Shown: positions 29,035 through 43,291, counted from the whole stretch's first letter. The stretch: 62,410 nt of DNA, filler included, from Choristocarpus tenellus KU-1152 (GCA_964200185.2; 7 parts of 7 records of this genome joined end to end with filler, not necessarily neighbours in it); one strand, 5' to 3'. Numbers and translations: made by a program. The notes: a model not told the origin generated them from the sequence alone.

Positions 29035-30532
29035 CTTTCTACAGACGTTTCCACCTCTCTTTTGGAGAAGGAGAATGCCTCTATTACCACACACATCTCA
29101 AATCAAGTCAAATTAAGTTGTACCACGATGGGAGGTCATAAAATATGTAAGGCATTTTGGAACGCCTGATTCCATAAAGAGTGTGAGTGTAGAGTTGACA
29201 TTCCCAAAAGTGCCCCAGTAACTTGGAATATGGACCAGGAGAATCCCCGCTCCAATCCTAGAAGGTCGAGGTTCCCTTGTCATATCAAAAAGATCCTTCA
29301 TACGCAACAGCGGCGATTAGGGCGCTTTTTACACCGTTCCCCTGAAACCTCGAGTGTGACGGTTCACAGTTGGTTGTGGTCATCCCTGCTGTGCATGAAC
29401 CCTTAGCTCTTCTATTTATTAGACTACATACATTGTACTTCCAGTCGTCCCAAAGGCCCATAGAAGTTCTGCTTAGGGCATATGGTCGAAATTCCAACTC
29501 TTCGTGGAAATCCTTGATAACTTTCAGCAAAGGTTTCTCTTTCCTCTTTCTCTTCGCGAGGTGAGAAGACGAGTAGACAAGAGCATCACTTGTTCTGAAC
29601 ATCAACGACATCAAACAAACCCAGCACCATCTCCAGGAGCAGATAGACAAAGGAGTAGGAAGAAAATACAGGGTGGTGCAAATGGGATGTGAATAGGGAG
29701 GAAATTATGTCATCATCGATGCTTACCTCGAAGCATGGTACGTCATACACTCGCTTGTTATTGCGCATTATTTGCTGCGTTGCAAGGTAATAGGATCACC
29801 CACAGCAATGTTCGAGGAGTTTGTCATGGATAAACATCAAGATTCTCATTTCACCCCCCCCACATGATCACAAGACTCACCTTACGCCATCCAAGAACTC
29901 CATAATTGCACGTTTGAAATAGGGTTCACGCAAGAACAGGGGAGCAACAACACCCTTCGTTGATGGCTAAAGGAAACTTTGACTGACTGACTTTATTTGT
30001 TTATACATTTACTTCCAGATTTGACTACAGTTCCTAACGGTAATATTTCGATGCCCTTAGGCAGGGAGGTGGTCTAAAAGTAAGATCTTACACCTAAATG
30101 AATGCGAAGTTTTGGTTCTTGTTGAGTCTGGGGAAGGGAAAGTGTTGGTGCGAGGGAATGGTTGATGCAAAAGGCGGGGTAAGTATAGTGAACAGGGTAA
30201 GCTAGGATGGTTGTGTTGGAGCAAGGGAGAGAAGGAGAGGGATGACTGGAAAGGGATCATGGCAAGCCAACCTGACCATCCATAGCTGCTGTCGTGCGCA
30301 CACACGACCCTCATCTTATACCTTCATGCCTTCGGTTTCAAAAGTAACTACTGCACATAACTACATAGCTAGGCACACATACATACAAACAACATCCGTA
30401 GCATGTAATCTAATTAGTAGGGTTCTTCTGAGTGATGTGTCAAATAGAGTAGCAATATGATTTTTCTTGGTGGTACTATTAGTATGTAGATGTGTGTGTG
30501 ACTCAAAACAAGGTGGTACACTTTCAGATAAA

Positions 30533-30597
30533 GAGTGAAAGTCTCTTAGAGGGTACAAGTTTTGCCCTAATCGTGACTCAAAGTATCTGGGGGGGGG
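30533..30597. mobile_element. Family A terminus immediately followed by a family B terminus (nested or adjacent MITE ends)
   Basis: GAGTGAAAGTCTCTTAGAGGGTACAAGTTTTGCCCT, then GACTCAAAGTATCTGGGGGGGG running into the gap. Confidence 0.7.
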
Positions 30598-32935
30598 NNN
30601 NNNNNNNNNNNNNNNNNNNNNNNNNNNNNNNNNNNNNNNNNTTAATTAATTAANNNNNNNNNNNNNNNNNNNNNNNNNNNNNNNNNNNNNNNNNNNNATT
30701 CAACACAATAATGTCATATACACAAAATAAGGTACACCTCACTATTGTCCTACTTTGCACACATGTTAACTCCGGATCTTGTTACTTCTTGCCAGTCCTT
30801 ATCAAACTCACAAAAGGGTCAGACTATACGTGACAGGTACATTTGTCAATTTCATCAAAGCTTCGAAGCTAATCTACATACAACAAAGCCGACTTGACCA
30901 GAAACAACAACACTCCCCCCCTACCCCTCTACCCCCCTGACTTTCGCTTCAGTTGCACCGTGTGAAAAGCACCGTGCACGTGACAGGGAACCCCCCAAAA
31001 AAAATCGTCAAAGGGCTGAAGGAACTCTTCAATACGACCCCGCTAACCCAAGACAGTGAGGTAACAGCAATTTCCTTGGTCTTTCTCAACTATTATTATC
31101 TTGTCTGTATCACCTACCTGTATCTGATTGCACTACCAATATGCACGTGTACTTTGAAGTACGTGACTACTCTACAACGAATAGAACGAAATTGGTATGT
31201 AGTATATTCTTTATGCTAAGTCTGTCCTCGAGATTTCGACGTCCGAGAGTGACTTTTTTTTGGTGGAGAGGACCCAATTAAAATTAAAATTGAGAGTGGA
31301 AGAATTCGATCTATGTCGTCACAACGTCTTGTCCTTCGTACTTGAAGTATTATTTTGGGACTGAGAATTGTGGAATACCAGGGATCTCGAGAGTTCATCT
31401 AGTTCCTACTGGCTAGAAGGGGGACAACCAGGTGTAGATAAAGTTGTACGCCTCCTTCAAATCTTGAACAGGTGGCTATATTTTCTCCGGCTATACAAGA
31501 GGTTGCGAATACTTTCAAACGTTCATAGACCACCGCTGCATGAATCTTTGAACAGGCAGATAATCTTCATCGTAGTAAAACAAGTGGTGAAATGCTTGTG
31601 CCACATTCATTCACGGAGGAATATGCATAACCTTAAACAGCAGATGCTCGTGTGCTGGTAGTACTGCCCAAATATATGTCTAAGGTGGACATATCCGCAC
31701 ATATTCTCCGCGGTTTCCATCCCTTTGATCTGTCCGTTCTCTCCCGATAGCGGAAATCCCAAAATATTTGAACGGCGGTGAAGTCAAGTCACAGTTTTTC
31801 TCCTTGGCCACCAACTACGCTGTTCGAGAGAGCCCAGTCCACGTTACCCAGTTACCTTGAACATCGGCCGACCCAACATTGCCAATGTTGTTAAGGGAAT
31901 CGTGACCCCCACATTTGATGTGGAGGATCCAGTATACGATTTTAGAAGCAAATCTGGGGTGAGTAATAGTGCAAGATTACTTTGGAATGGGGCCTGGGGT
32001 ACTTTTTCTCTGTACTGTGGACTCCATGTGACTATCTACAAAAAGAAAGGTGTTATGTGAAGCTGGGAAGACATACAATATATTATGGATTGGGCTTTGG
32101 GCCCAGGTCATAGGACGTGACAGCAGATGGAACATAAGCTATGGTGAGGTTTACTTGTTTGAGACCGGGCAGACTTCGATTACCATATATTCAATACTTG
32201 ACTATTGAAACCAATTGTACTTAGGACAATCATCTTCGTACTTCATTTGCCCTGTTAAACTCCCACTGCACAGGGGAATCATACGGATCGTCGTGATCGG
32301 GCGAAGAGATAATTGGCTAAGGCGGATTCAAGCCTCAAAAGGGTCGTGTAGGTAAGGGACCCACCGTTAAATAGCCACGCCAGAGCACGGAAAAACTCCG
32401 ATTGTGAATGTTTCCCCCTCTCTTGCCAGATGTTTATTTTTCACCACTACTGGACCATGTACCTGCTTCATGTGTGTTGAGACACTATTGAATGTCTGCA
32501 AGGGGCGACTTTGACTCGCACGACCAATGGCTACATCCTACAAGCACCTGGGGTTGGGAGCACTCCTGACTCAGAAAGAGTACAAACAACCCTATACCAC
32601 AAATTATACAACCAACTTTTTCTTGATATACCCCCCTAAAACCACAGACCACAGGGAACGATTTCGAAGACGACTATCTGGACTCTCGTACTGGGAAGCA
32701 CCAGCTGCCTTGGATGATCATATACTGCGGAGCAAACCCTAAGGTTGAACAGGTATGTTTGTATCTGGTACACAATTTGAAGTGGTTGTCGTCATGCCAA
32801 AGAGTGAAGGCTCGGCTTCACACTGGAGAAGGGCAGGTTTGCTAGTTCTGGTAGTATGAGTTAAGGAGTCCACTACCTTACTTGATTCCTTGCGTTGGCC
32901 ATCTCGAGGTCTGGTACACTCACCCAACCCTCATT

Positions 32936-33113
32936 GGCTCAAAGTATCTGGGGGGGTGGGGGGTCTACACCAGGGTGTCCATTTGGGCCCTGACTAGGAA
33001 AAGTGCACATACATTATCCATCCGACACATGCAACCAAATCAACCAAAAAATGCGACATGGAAAAATGGGAACCAGATGGACAGCCGCCACCCCTCCCCA
33101 GATACTTTGAGCC
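32936..33113. mobile_element. MITE family B (~180 bp), complete copy
   Basis: Perfect TIR GGCTCAAAGTATCTGGGG ... CCCCAGATACTTTGAGCC; flanks ATT/AGT. Confidence 0.85.
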
Positions 33114-35719
33114 AGTAATTCCAGCAGAGGTCTAGACTTTATCGGATTTGTCATAAAATTTGCAGAACGAGAGATCATGCATCCTTTCCCCAAGATTCCT
33201 TTGAAACACTATCACGCAAATGGATGATGACTTAACTCGTTTTGTCAATTCATAATGTCCCACAGCTGGTGTACTCCCTCTGACGCCCCATGTACTCAAG
33301 GACATTGCCTCCGTCGGTGGTGAGCTCGGGGTGGAGTGGACAAAATAATACTTAGGAGCATGGTGAAAGTCCCGACATGGACAAGCAGGCATGAAAGCGC
33401 TCAATTTATAGCGCTTGCTGCCTCGATATTGACCCTCCGATCGAATCGACTTGGGGGCATGTTAAGCTGAAAGGATGAAGAAAACGGAGTTGATAGTGGC
33501 ATAGTAGTAGAACCAGACCCTCATTCCCAACAATGCCAAGGCTGTGGCTTATTTAGTAGGTAGAATGTAGAACACAGATATGGATGAGGCTTTTTCGATC
33601 CTGTTCGACCGTGGAAAATACACTTAAGAGTACCTTCTCTTAGTATATATAAGGTAGTTGGCGAGATGGAGCTCTACATGCCCCGTCAGCATGGAGATGT
33701 AGATAGAAAATTCATGTGTGAAGAGTTAGAATAGTGCCTACAAGCTGAAACGATCAGCATGATGGTGTGCTCTCTCAACATGAATATAAAAAACAAATAT
33801 GTCCATCCATCTCTTCCCCTCCTTGGAGGGGTTACATCCTTTTTAGATTTTGGTATTTTTTGGAAAGTAGTTATAGCACTGGAGTATTGGCCTCCAGAAT
33901 GTGTATGTTTGATTGTGTATAGTCGTTCTGCAGTGTATTTTGTAGGTGTTGTAAGTTGCTTGCCATGTGAGAATAAATTCAAGGCATGGAGCCCAGGAGC
34001 TGCATTGTTTTCAATCACTAGACACAGTGGAGAGATCTTTGAACTAAAGATCCAGAGTCTTGGATCTCTAGAGATAGAGCTTTCCACTTTTGTTTTCAAG
34101 TATATTCTTCCGTTGTTGTGTGCAAACATTCTTGGCGGTCGTTTAGGTTAGTCTTGTGGGTTTCTACCTGCTTGGAGGAAAACGTAAAGGAAGAGGACAA
34201 AAAGAAAAATCTGTTTAAAAATGACTGTTGCGGGGCTCTGTGGCATGAAGGTCGAGAGACTGAGGTTCTATCTCGACTTATGATTCTTGATGTATCTTCT
34301 TCTTCTCGTGTGTAAACCTTTACAGTAGGTTTTATGTTGTTGGATGTTGTGGGTTATGTGCTTCAAGAAGGTGCGGAAGGCGTAGCGAAGAGTCCAAGAA
34401 AATGGAGTCAAACGCTAATGTAGAGCTCTGCGACTTGTTTCTAGTAGACAAAGAAATATCTGATATGATAAATACGCGAGGTCACCCCTAGTACATACAC
34501 GTATATATTTGAAATTGGGTTTTGGTCCTAAATGGGCGCGTGTACGCCAAAACGTGGAATCACTTAGACTTTCCGCTGTCACACCGCCCACGTCAAAGGA
34601 AACCGCCTCGAGAAAGAGGTTCGCAATACCTTGGCATGTGTTCGTACGGATATTATTCGGGAAGGTAAGTGAAGTGTGGGGGGAATGACAAACAAAGGGA
34701 AAAAAACAAATGGAAAATCGTGGAGGTGGCACAGGGCAAGGTATGAGGTGTGACCACTTTGTAGGAGGTGAGGAATGTTGAGTAGGCTTCACGCAGGAAA
34801 GGCTCGTTGCCAGAAGCTCATATACAACTCGCTGCTCGTTTGCGATGATAGATTGGGTGGGCTAGAGATGGCTATGATGGGACACGAGTTGTGAGAACAG
34901 TTCCTACAAATTGCTATGCTGGATTGTTTGGATGATCTCTGAAGAACTCCATTACTGTGATGTTGTAGGTAAATGTGTTCTGGGGGTGAAATCCCTTAGG
35001 CACCTTAAGATTCATTATCATGTTCTGCAACCTGGCAATTTCCTCGTCTGAGCATATAGGAAAATGCCCCCTTATTTTGCCTCCACGCCTCTGATGGTAA
35101 TGCTGCATTGCGAACAATGCACCCGTAGATTCCTGGTACTCCTTAGCAGAACGTCGTGTGTCTTCTTGGCCTTGACGGCCTCATCTTCACTCACATCCTC
35201 CCCCCTTGACGAAGTTTACGTCGCCCACTCTAAGAGGTCCTCCATCTCCTCCAACACTTCGTTGGTTTCACCTTTCACGCCCAACTTGGCAAGAAGGCAG
35301 GCGTAGTGGCAAACTAGTCTGCATCATTGTCATCAGACAATTGAAGGAGTTTGGTATGGAGCCCGTCTAAGGCCATGAGTGTAACCCTGTGGGTACATGC
35401 AGTATTCTTAGTAGTAGGATGTAGTGAGTCTCATATATTTCTCCGAACTTCGAATTATCTTGTTGCACACTTGGTGAAAAGGACGTAAAAGCCACATGCA
35501 GTACAAGATGTAAAAAAATTGAGAGTTCAGATTTTTGCGAACGAATACTTTGTGGTAGATGAGAGTGGTGCATATTATATAGGAACTATAATTTAAATTT
35601 ATGACATCTCAAAATTCTTTCGTTGATCGGAAAACATGAACAGTTACTATTGCGTGTAACGTCAGTAATAATTCCACAACGCAGGTAATGATCAACACCT
35701 GGCTAGAAGGCGCTTGGGT

Positions 35720-38700
35720 ATGGCTGTTGTCCCAATGTCTACTATGCAAAAGACACCTAATGGGGATTTAGGGCAACAGGGAGGGGACTCTGTTGTCGAT
35801 GTGAGTAATTTATATAGCGATGACGAACGCCACATGTCCAGCAGTGCCTATTCTATACGTCAGCTACGCAAATCCACCCTCTTCCAACATACCCGCTCGT
35901 TCGACCGAGCAAACCGAGGTGGATTGCGATCACACCAGTTGGTGAAGGAAGGAGAAATGCTGACCCTAATCTTGTTGCCCTCCTACTGTTGTTTTGTTGG
36001 AGTAGGTATCCTTGGTTCCTTCCCATCGAGTGGTTGGTGCGGCATCCTTTTGCGATATACCAAACACCTCTTTATAGCAGCAATTGCTTGACAAACAATT
36101 GTTCCTAGAGAGTCCATTCGAGTGCTGGGCAGAAGTCTGTATGATACCTGATCACAAACAAAATTGACATTGACAGTTTTCCACTCTGGAAACAGAGCAG
36201 CGAAATCGGATAGTGGGCATTCTTCTGAAAGGGGGACTATATGGACTACCTGGCACTAACGGCACGGTGAATATTCAGAATTAAGGAGGTTTCGGTTCAC
36301 TGCAAATATTCTAAGCACCTCACCAAAGCTTGTGAGACTATGACAGAGACCCTGCTTCACCAGAGTGTAAGATTTGGAGCTTACTTGAACATGGTGCTCC
36401 CAATAAATCGAAGATATGTACAGGAATGTAGAATAAATATTTTTGTGTGAGGTTTTATGACCCTGTCTTCACCTACATTTTCTTCCACACTTTCAATACA
36501 ACCAGCGCTCCAGTAATTTCATTGTTTGGGCTAAGAACCAGCATCCAATGCTAGGCATGTTCTTTGCTCATGAGCTTCATCCTTTCAGCCGGATGGAGAG
36601 ATTTACTGTACTCCTATGCTACCTCTGCTGGGCCTTTATGGTAACAGGCGTTGTGACTGAGGTATGGCAATCATAGACTCAAGCAGTTGATTGAATATAA
36701 GCATGTACTCCCAGTTTGACTAGAACCCTGCTACTATGCTATGGAATGAATGTATGTACAAACAGTTATTAGGTAATAGTGTGTTTTCCGCTTCAAAGTA
36801 CAACAGATTTGTCCAACAGCAATAGTTTTACTTTGATTACTTCCAACTTGATTTTTCCAAAATAATTACAACTGAAAGTTAGAAATAAGAGAGTTAAATA
36901 TCCAGTTCTATCATATGTGCACTGCTCAAATTCTACAGTGGCCATTTTACGGAAGTGTGGTGAACCCACAAATATTCCTTGTCTCTTTGCTCTAATATAG
37001 TTCTTGTTTCTCTGCAAGGAATAAAGCAGAGTGGGATCTACAGTGAATTGCCGTTAGCGCTAGTGCCTCAGGTGAGGCCTCTTGGGTATGTACAGCTCCG
37101 AATAGATTGGATAAAGATTTAGAAATAGTTCCACCGTTGGCACCAACCACAAAATGGGAAAGTTGAAACTGACAAGTTTGATGTAGATTATCAAATCACT
37201 TGTTTCAATTGTTGGGGCCAATCTTGTGAATTGATACACTTAACAAGCCCTGTGATCGTAGAAATTCTGGACATCAGCCCAAGTGATGCACTTCTCTTAC
37301 CCCCCCCAGAATACTGCATAGTACACACACAGGTATGTGGAGAACGTTTCAGATGTTACTAGGACAGCAAGTCAAATAAATATATAGTGAAGGGCTCAGA
37401 GAAGACCTTCCCTATCCTGAATTGGCTGGTTATTGCTTGTGGGTAGAGGAAAAAGGTAAAATTAATAGGACCACTAGAGATGATACTTCAGAAACCACAT
37501 AAAGGTGGCATTTTTGAGGCATCCATTGAGTTGCTGGCCTGAACGACAGCGAAGTCAACAGATGGTATCAGTGTGGTGTCCAGGAATTTCTTTCTGATTC
37601 TGCACTGACAACATCTGAGAATAGAATTGTTCGCAGCAAGGAATATAGTAAGAAGCAGCAGAGGCTACCGCAAGGTGGTGATATTAGGGCACTGGTCGTC
37701 CTGAGGTGCTTGTGTGAATAAACTGGGAGAGATTTTTAATGTAGTCTCTAGGTGTTGAATCTTGGTTGCAAAAAGAGGGTTGAGAGGCACATAGTAGATG
37801 TGGAGTATTGGATATGTAGGATATGAGTGTTCACCAGAGTTTGGGGAGGAGTGCTTGGTGTATCATCTTGTGCCCCGAATTCTTGTGCCTAGGTCCAGCC
37901 AAGAGTGCTTAAGTATGAAACATTACCTTTTGGCCTGGGGAAGTTAAACCTAGAAATACATATCCCATCAGAAAGGGCAGAGAGCTGTGCACACCTGTGG
38001 GGGGACAGGTTACCCACAATCATTTCCTGAAAGTATTCCCCAGGAATGTGTAGGGCGATACTAACTGGATCATAGTTGGGCAAGTGGAAGTATTCGAGTT
38101 GGCACCTTGCCCTTCTTTTGAGGGCGATTAGGCCATCTGCAGCAGGTCCCTGGTCAGCTGAATGCCTTCAAATATTCAATCTTTCATTATCTGCCTACTA
38201 CATAGTCATTGTGTTGGAAAAGAAGACGCATTTACCTAGATAACAGTACATGAGCTTTTTTGCAATGGCAATATATCACTCTTCTAGTAGAGTCGATATT
38301 TTACTCAGATTATTCAATATATTAAGTGAGAGTGGACAGCAACATACCTGACAATCGGGAACAACCCTTGACGTTGAAAACTGTATCAACTGTACTTTTA
38401 CCTCAACAGACAACTCCACACAAAACTTTGGGGGCCAATAATCTCAGCAGTGGTGCAGTTTCGTTCAGCTAACCCTAACCCTTGTACTATTGTACATCAT
38501 TATTCTCAAACCCAGAAAGGTACCCTGAAGGATAGGATGCTGCCATTCACCAGGTTGCAGACATTGACTCAAAAGTATTTGGGGAGGGGGTTGCGGCGGT
38601 CAATTTGAGGTCCATTTTTTCCATGTCGGGATTTTTGGGTGATATAGTTGCATGTGTCAGATGGATAATGTAAGTGCACTTCTCCTGGTCAGGGTCCAAA

Positions 38701-41700
38701 TGGAAACCCTGGTGTAGCCCCCCCCTCACACTGTTGAAGTATCCCACACTGGACCCGTATCTTTGGTGCTTTGTGTAAGACCATGAATAGCTTGGTCTAG
38801 ATATTATTATTACAAGAGGGCTTATGGTTTCGATTCCGCTGACTGAATATGTGGGTGAGACTAGCCTTAACTATCATTATTATTTCTATAGTGTGGGGTT
38901 TGCAATTGTCCACACTATTTCACTATAATTCACTTATTAACTTGTTTTAAGTATATAAAGTGTATCTTGAACTTGACACAAAGATATCTGGACACTATGA
39001 GCCAGTACATATACTATATCTGTCACTGGCTCTCCATCCTATTATTTAATCCACCAGTGGTGTCTATAGTGTATCAGCAGCACTATCTACGAACACCCCC
39101 CCCCAAATACTATATGCCATTTGTCTGTTTGAGGTGCTTGAACATGATGTAGGATAAGCACGACAAAAACGCTGGATGGAATGGCGTATGTGTTGTTATC
39201 AGTACAGTAGCATGAAAATGTTGGAAACCTTTCACACCTGGTACGAGCATATATCAGTGTACACAGATATGTAATATCGAAGACACAAACATCACTCACG
39301 GCTACTCCAACTAGGCTGACTGTCATGAAAAGGATGAAGACGCACATGTGCCATTTGGTTAAAAGAGAGAATCATAGAAGATCTCTGCAGTTATCCTTGT
39401 CCCAACGTAAAGATGCGGTACCTGCCCACCTCAATGCCCTGTAACATGGGGTGCATGCATACCCCACAAGCTTTAGTTGAGAGGGTTATTAAATTACATC
39501 ACCTCTTTCGATGTTTCAGGCACAGTCTGATCCCTCCCTGAATCAGAAAACAGAGATTGGTCTTGCTCTATATCACATCCACAGACACTCTCAAAAAGTA
39601 ATATCAGCATCTAATTCTCACATATCTTCATTTAGAAGGAATGTTGCAAGTTGATTTATGTGCAGCATGGTTTCATGTTACGTCTTCCATTCTCTACCAG
39701 ATTTCTTATGGTGTATTATCCCTTAAACCCTCTCTCAAAATCGGATTGTCCAATACCTGAAATTTTTTAGGTCTTCGCAAGCAACCTGGAATTATGCGAG
39801 GATGGCTGTTTCAACACTTACGATCAAGGTATTGCAAATGTACTTAGTGGATAGAACATTATGGCAGTGGTCGATCACATCACCCACTACCACATTCTGG
39901 TGACCAAGATTTTAAAACATCTTTGCCATTATCAGGACTCGACAATTCTGAAACTTCCGATGATGAATCCACCTGGATATGTGGCGAAGGCAGTGGTATC
40001 AATGAAGACAAGGCTAGTAGTTCAGGCAATGGGTTGGGGCCTCAGCTTGTCCAAGGGGTATGGGTTTTCTGCAGCGCTTGCTTGAAAGATAATATTCAGT
40101 GTGTTGTCTAGGTGAACCCAATTCTGAGAAACAATCTGACTCTTTCATTACCAAAACTATGCAATATGATCATGCACAGTCACTGCTCGGCTAGTGCAAC
40201 ATGAAGATAGCGTATGTGTTCATCCGATTTTTCATGTAATTCACATGCCAAAGAATACCCTAACCCTGTTGACAAATGTAACCCGAATATCACATATCAT
40301 CTTCTTTGTTACAAAATGAGTACATAATTTGCAAAATTATTCACATACTGAAATGAAAGAACTCATTACAACCTCATATTTCCTGGCAAGGCCTCTGCAT
40401 TCCGTGCTCATAGAATCTAAAGTCATTGTTGTATCCAAATAACCGCCAATTGTTGTGCAGCTGACATTTTCGGAGTGGGAGAGTGCATGTGATGACTCTT
40501 CAAACCCATGGTGGATAGCCTCCATGGTGATAGCAATTCTGACGGTGCCCTACAGGTATTTCCAACATTATCTCAGGTTAAGTCTATACAATTTTGTAGG
40601 TAACTTATTGGCTTGAGGTGGCGCTCAAGAGGATGCTATGGTTGTCCTTCTGTCACCATTCTCAGTTGGAATCTGATGTAGAGAATATTGACACAATAGA
40701 AAGTCTCTTACAAACTACAGCCATAGTCTGAGGGAAGCTGACAATGGTTAGAAACCTGCTATACTTCAGGTCAGAGGTAAGGTTGACGTTGGGATTGACT
40801 CTGTATCCACCTGCTTTCAATTGGAAGGATGAACAAAACAGCGATTCCGTGCCATCCATACCCTGCTAAATCACAAGTGGGTGGAATTTCAGGTGGTTGC
40901 GAATAAGCCGACCAAACTAGACTTAGCAGGTATCATTTCATAGTATCAAAGGTCGTTGAGCTGAGTGGAATAGTGTCTTTGGGGTTAGGGTCAAGGATGT
41001 GGCTTAACCTTTTCGACCTCCTACCCCACACTCAATGTATATTCTTAGCCTCATCATGCCATTGCCAATTCAAACTTGTAGCCTCCCCTTCCTCCACTGT
41101 ACGTCAGTCCACATCTCCTAAATCGTGCTCCACTATTTCCTCATGATCACAAAATATTTTACCGTCTCATAGACCCATTGCTCACGACTGCACTAGAATA
41201 CAAGCAATTCTGTTCCTTTCAGTGGAATGTCTACTTGTTCCATCTTGCGAACTACACTACACCATTTTTAATTGCTTCCAAACACTGAACGAATGTGATC
41301 TTGACTATCCAGCTCTATCTTGAAGTTCCTGACGACATGCGGTTGTGTCCAGAATATGCCCTCATGCATTCGCAACGGCATTGAATCTATCGGAAAATGC
41401 GTCCTGAGGATCTTTGTCTTTCTGAGCATCCTCTGGTTCACATTAGGCTTAATATTTGCTGTAAGTCATTTGGGAGATGTAAAAATGTTTCCACTCCAAC
41501 ATGCCCCTGTCGTTCTTGTCTTGATATATACAATATAATCTCCCCTTCACATAAATACCAGGCAAGGACACCCCACTGAACAAAATCTTAGAGCAGACAG
41601 TGTTTAGTGAAGCAATGGAGTCCTTGTGATGCTTACATTGCCTACTGTATTTTGCCAATGCTATAAATCGATGTGATCATTGTGTATATAGCCTCACCCG

Positions 41701-43291
41701 CGATTCTGACAACAAGTGTTGAACTCATTGGGCTCCAGACTTACTTATTCTACCAGCGTTTAGACAGATAAGACCTTGGTTGTTTCTTTGTGTTGGTTCA
41801 CAATGCTTAGAGCAGTAGACTCATTGTATGTCTCTGCGGGGGCATCAGAGGTCTCACCTCTACCTCATGTGGGATTCGTACATGCTGTTCCAGGGGTGTG
41901 GTGAATATGGTTATAGGGGTGCCACTGGTTTTTAGAAGAGAGAAGATATCTCCAACTGGAAAACTAATATTAGAAATACTTTAATACCTTAATATTTCTA
42001 TATTTGTGAGTAAAATATTGTCAAGGAAGGAACCCTACTCTTCTGTCAGCTTAATGTCTTATACCTTTCTTGATTAAATCAATTCCTCTTTTCTTGACCG
42101 GGTGTGCAATTACTCCCCATATCGTTATTTAGCACAATCAAAATTATATTGAGTCTGTCAACACTTTAAGTTACTTCAGTGAGCATGGTCTCTACCTGAT
42201 TCAGGTGGTCGGTACATTAGAGTACTACATCTCATGTGGACAAGGAGTTGTAGAATGGACGTTACACTTAGTGGAGCAGGAACAAAGAATCATGAGTCTA
42301 GACTCTACAAGGCCAGTAGATAACTTTGCTACTTCTTGATCGCAGATTGAACTGGATGGGGGATACTTTGTGGTATCTTATTTTGTAGGAGTGGTGCAGT
42401 CATGGTTCTACTGGCCGATAATATCAGGCGTAATCTTCAACTGCAAGTTCAATAAGCACAAGAAGAAATTCGAGGAGTTATATCCAGGCCAAATTGCCCT
42501 TGCTTGGCCTTTGAGCTCCCAGGTACGGACAGTGAGGAGAGAAAGGGAACAAACTGCTTATTTTATCTTGAAATAATTGATTTTTTGCAAGAACTGTTTC
42601 CCTCCCGATGTTTCACTCAATCATTCAGCAGACTGAGTTGTCTAGGGTGTGACACTGTGTCGATTTTATCATTGACGCCTACCTTCACGTGTTGCCTTGA
42701 ACTTTATCTGTTTCTGATCTACCTCACTAGAGAGGTTGAAGCATAGTTTCATCCGGAATATTTGTGGTGCGATAATTGTTTCATGCTTAAAGGTTTACAG
42801 AAGATAAATACACTGTTAATCATGTCAGTTAGTCAAAAAGTATCTTCAGGGATAAATTTGGAAATCATATCTGCAAGTTGTTACTCAACCTAGGAAGTCT
42901 CGTTTACATTTCTATCCTCCATTTTATCAAGTCGTGTTTTGCATGCTATTTTCCCCTGCAGATCCCACTTGCAGTTAGTGTTGATGTATATGAAAAGCCT
43001 GCAGCCTTTCCAAGTCCTCTTCAGAGTAGTGGGCATGGGGAGACTACTCGACAGCCTACCTCTTCTCCGGGAGGAGGTGGTTCCCTGGTGAGTTTTCTCT
43101 CCAAATATTGGAATTTTTCAGGACACTCTGAATCGCCTGACACAATCCAACAATCAGTATACTTTGGTTGTGAGGACACTGATTCTCCTCACCCCCTTGT
43201 TGCCCTCTGCTCAACTACACCCCAAGATATCACATTCATTGTGGATTGTAAACCTTCTGCCTCAACCTACACATTTTCCAAACCCAACTAG
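35720..43291 (+). CDS. Uncharacterised multi-pass membrane protein (~410 aa, 9 exons)
   Basis: Phase-consistent exons: 35720-35800, 36201-36266, 36506-36661 (FIVWAKNQHPMLGMFFAHELHPFSRMERFTVLLCYLCWAFMVT), 39771-39828, 39936-40057, 40461-40555 (PWWIASMVIAILTVPY), 41313-41460 (KFLTTCGCVQN...FVFLSILWFTLGLIFA), 42346-42522 (YFVVSYFVGVVQSWFYWPIISG), 42962-43291. About four hydrophobic helices. Confidence 0.7.
38566..38727. mobile_element. MITE family B, diverged copy
   Basis: Starts GACTCAAAAGTATTTGGGG; internal sequence is homologous to family B in reverse orientation. Confidence 0.7.

Noticed and set aside
29113-29650. Minus-strand ORF with RFQGNGVKSALIAA, resembling GNAT motif A
   Set aside because: Only one short imperfect motif. 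The frame stops soon after, and there is no other GNAT feature or clear exon structure.
37030-37071. Possible extra 42-nt exon (SGIYSELPLALVPQ) of the membrane-protein gene
   Set aside because: It is phase-compatible but not needed, has a weak acceptor, and has no supporting motif.
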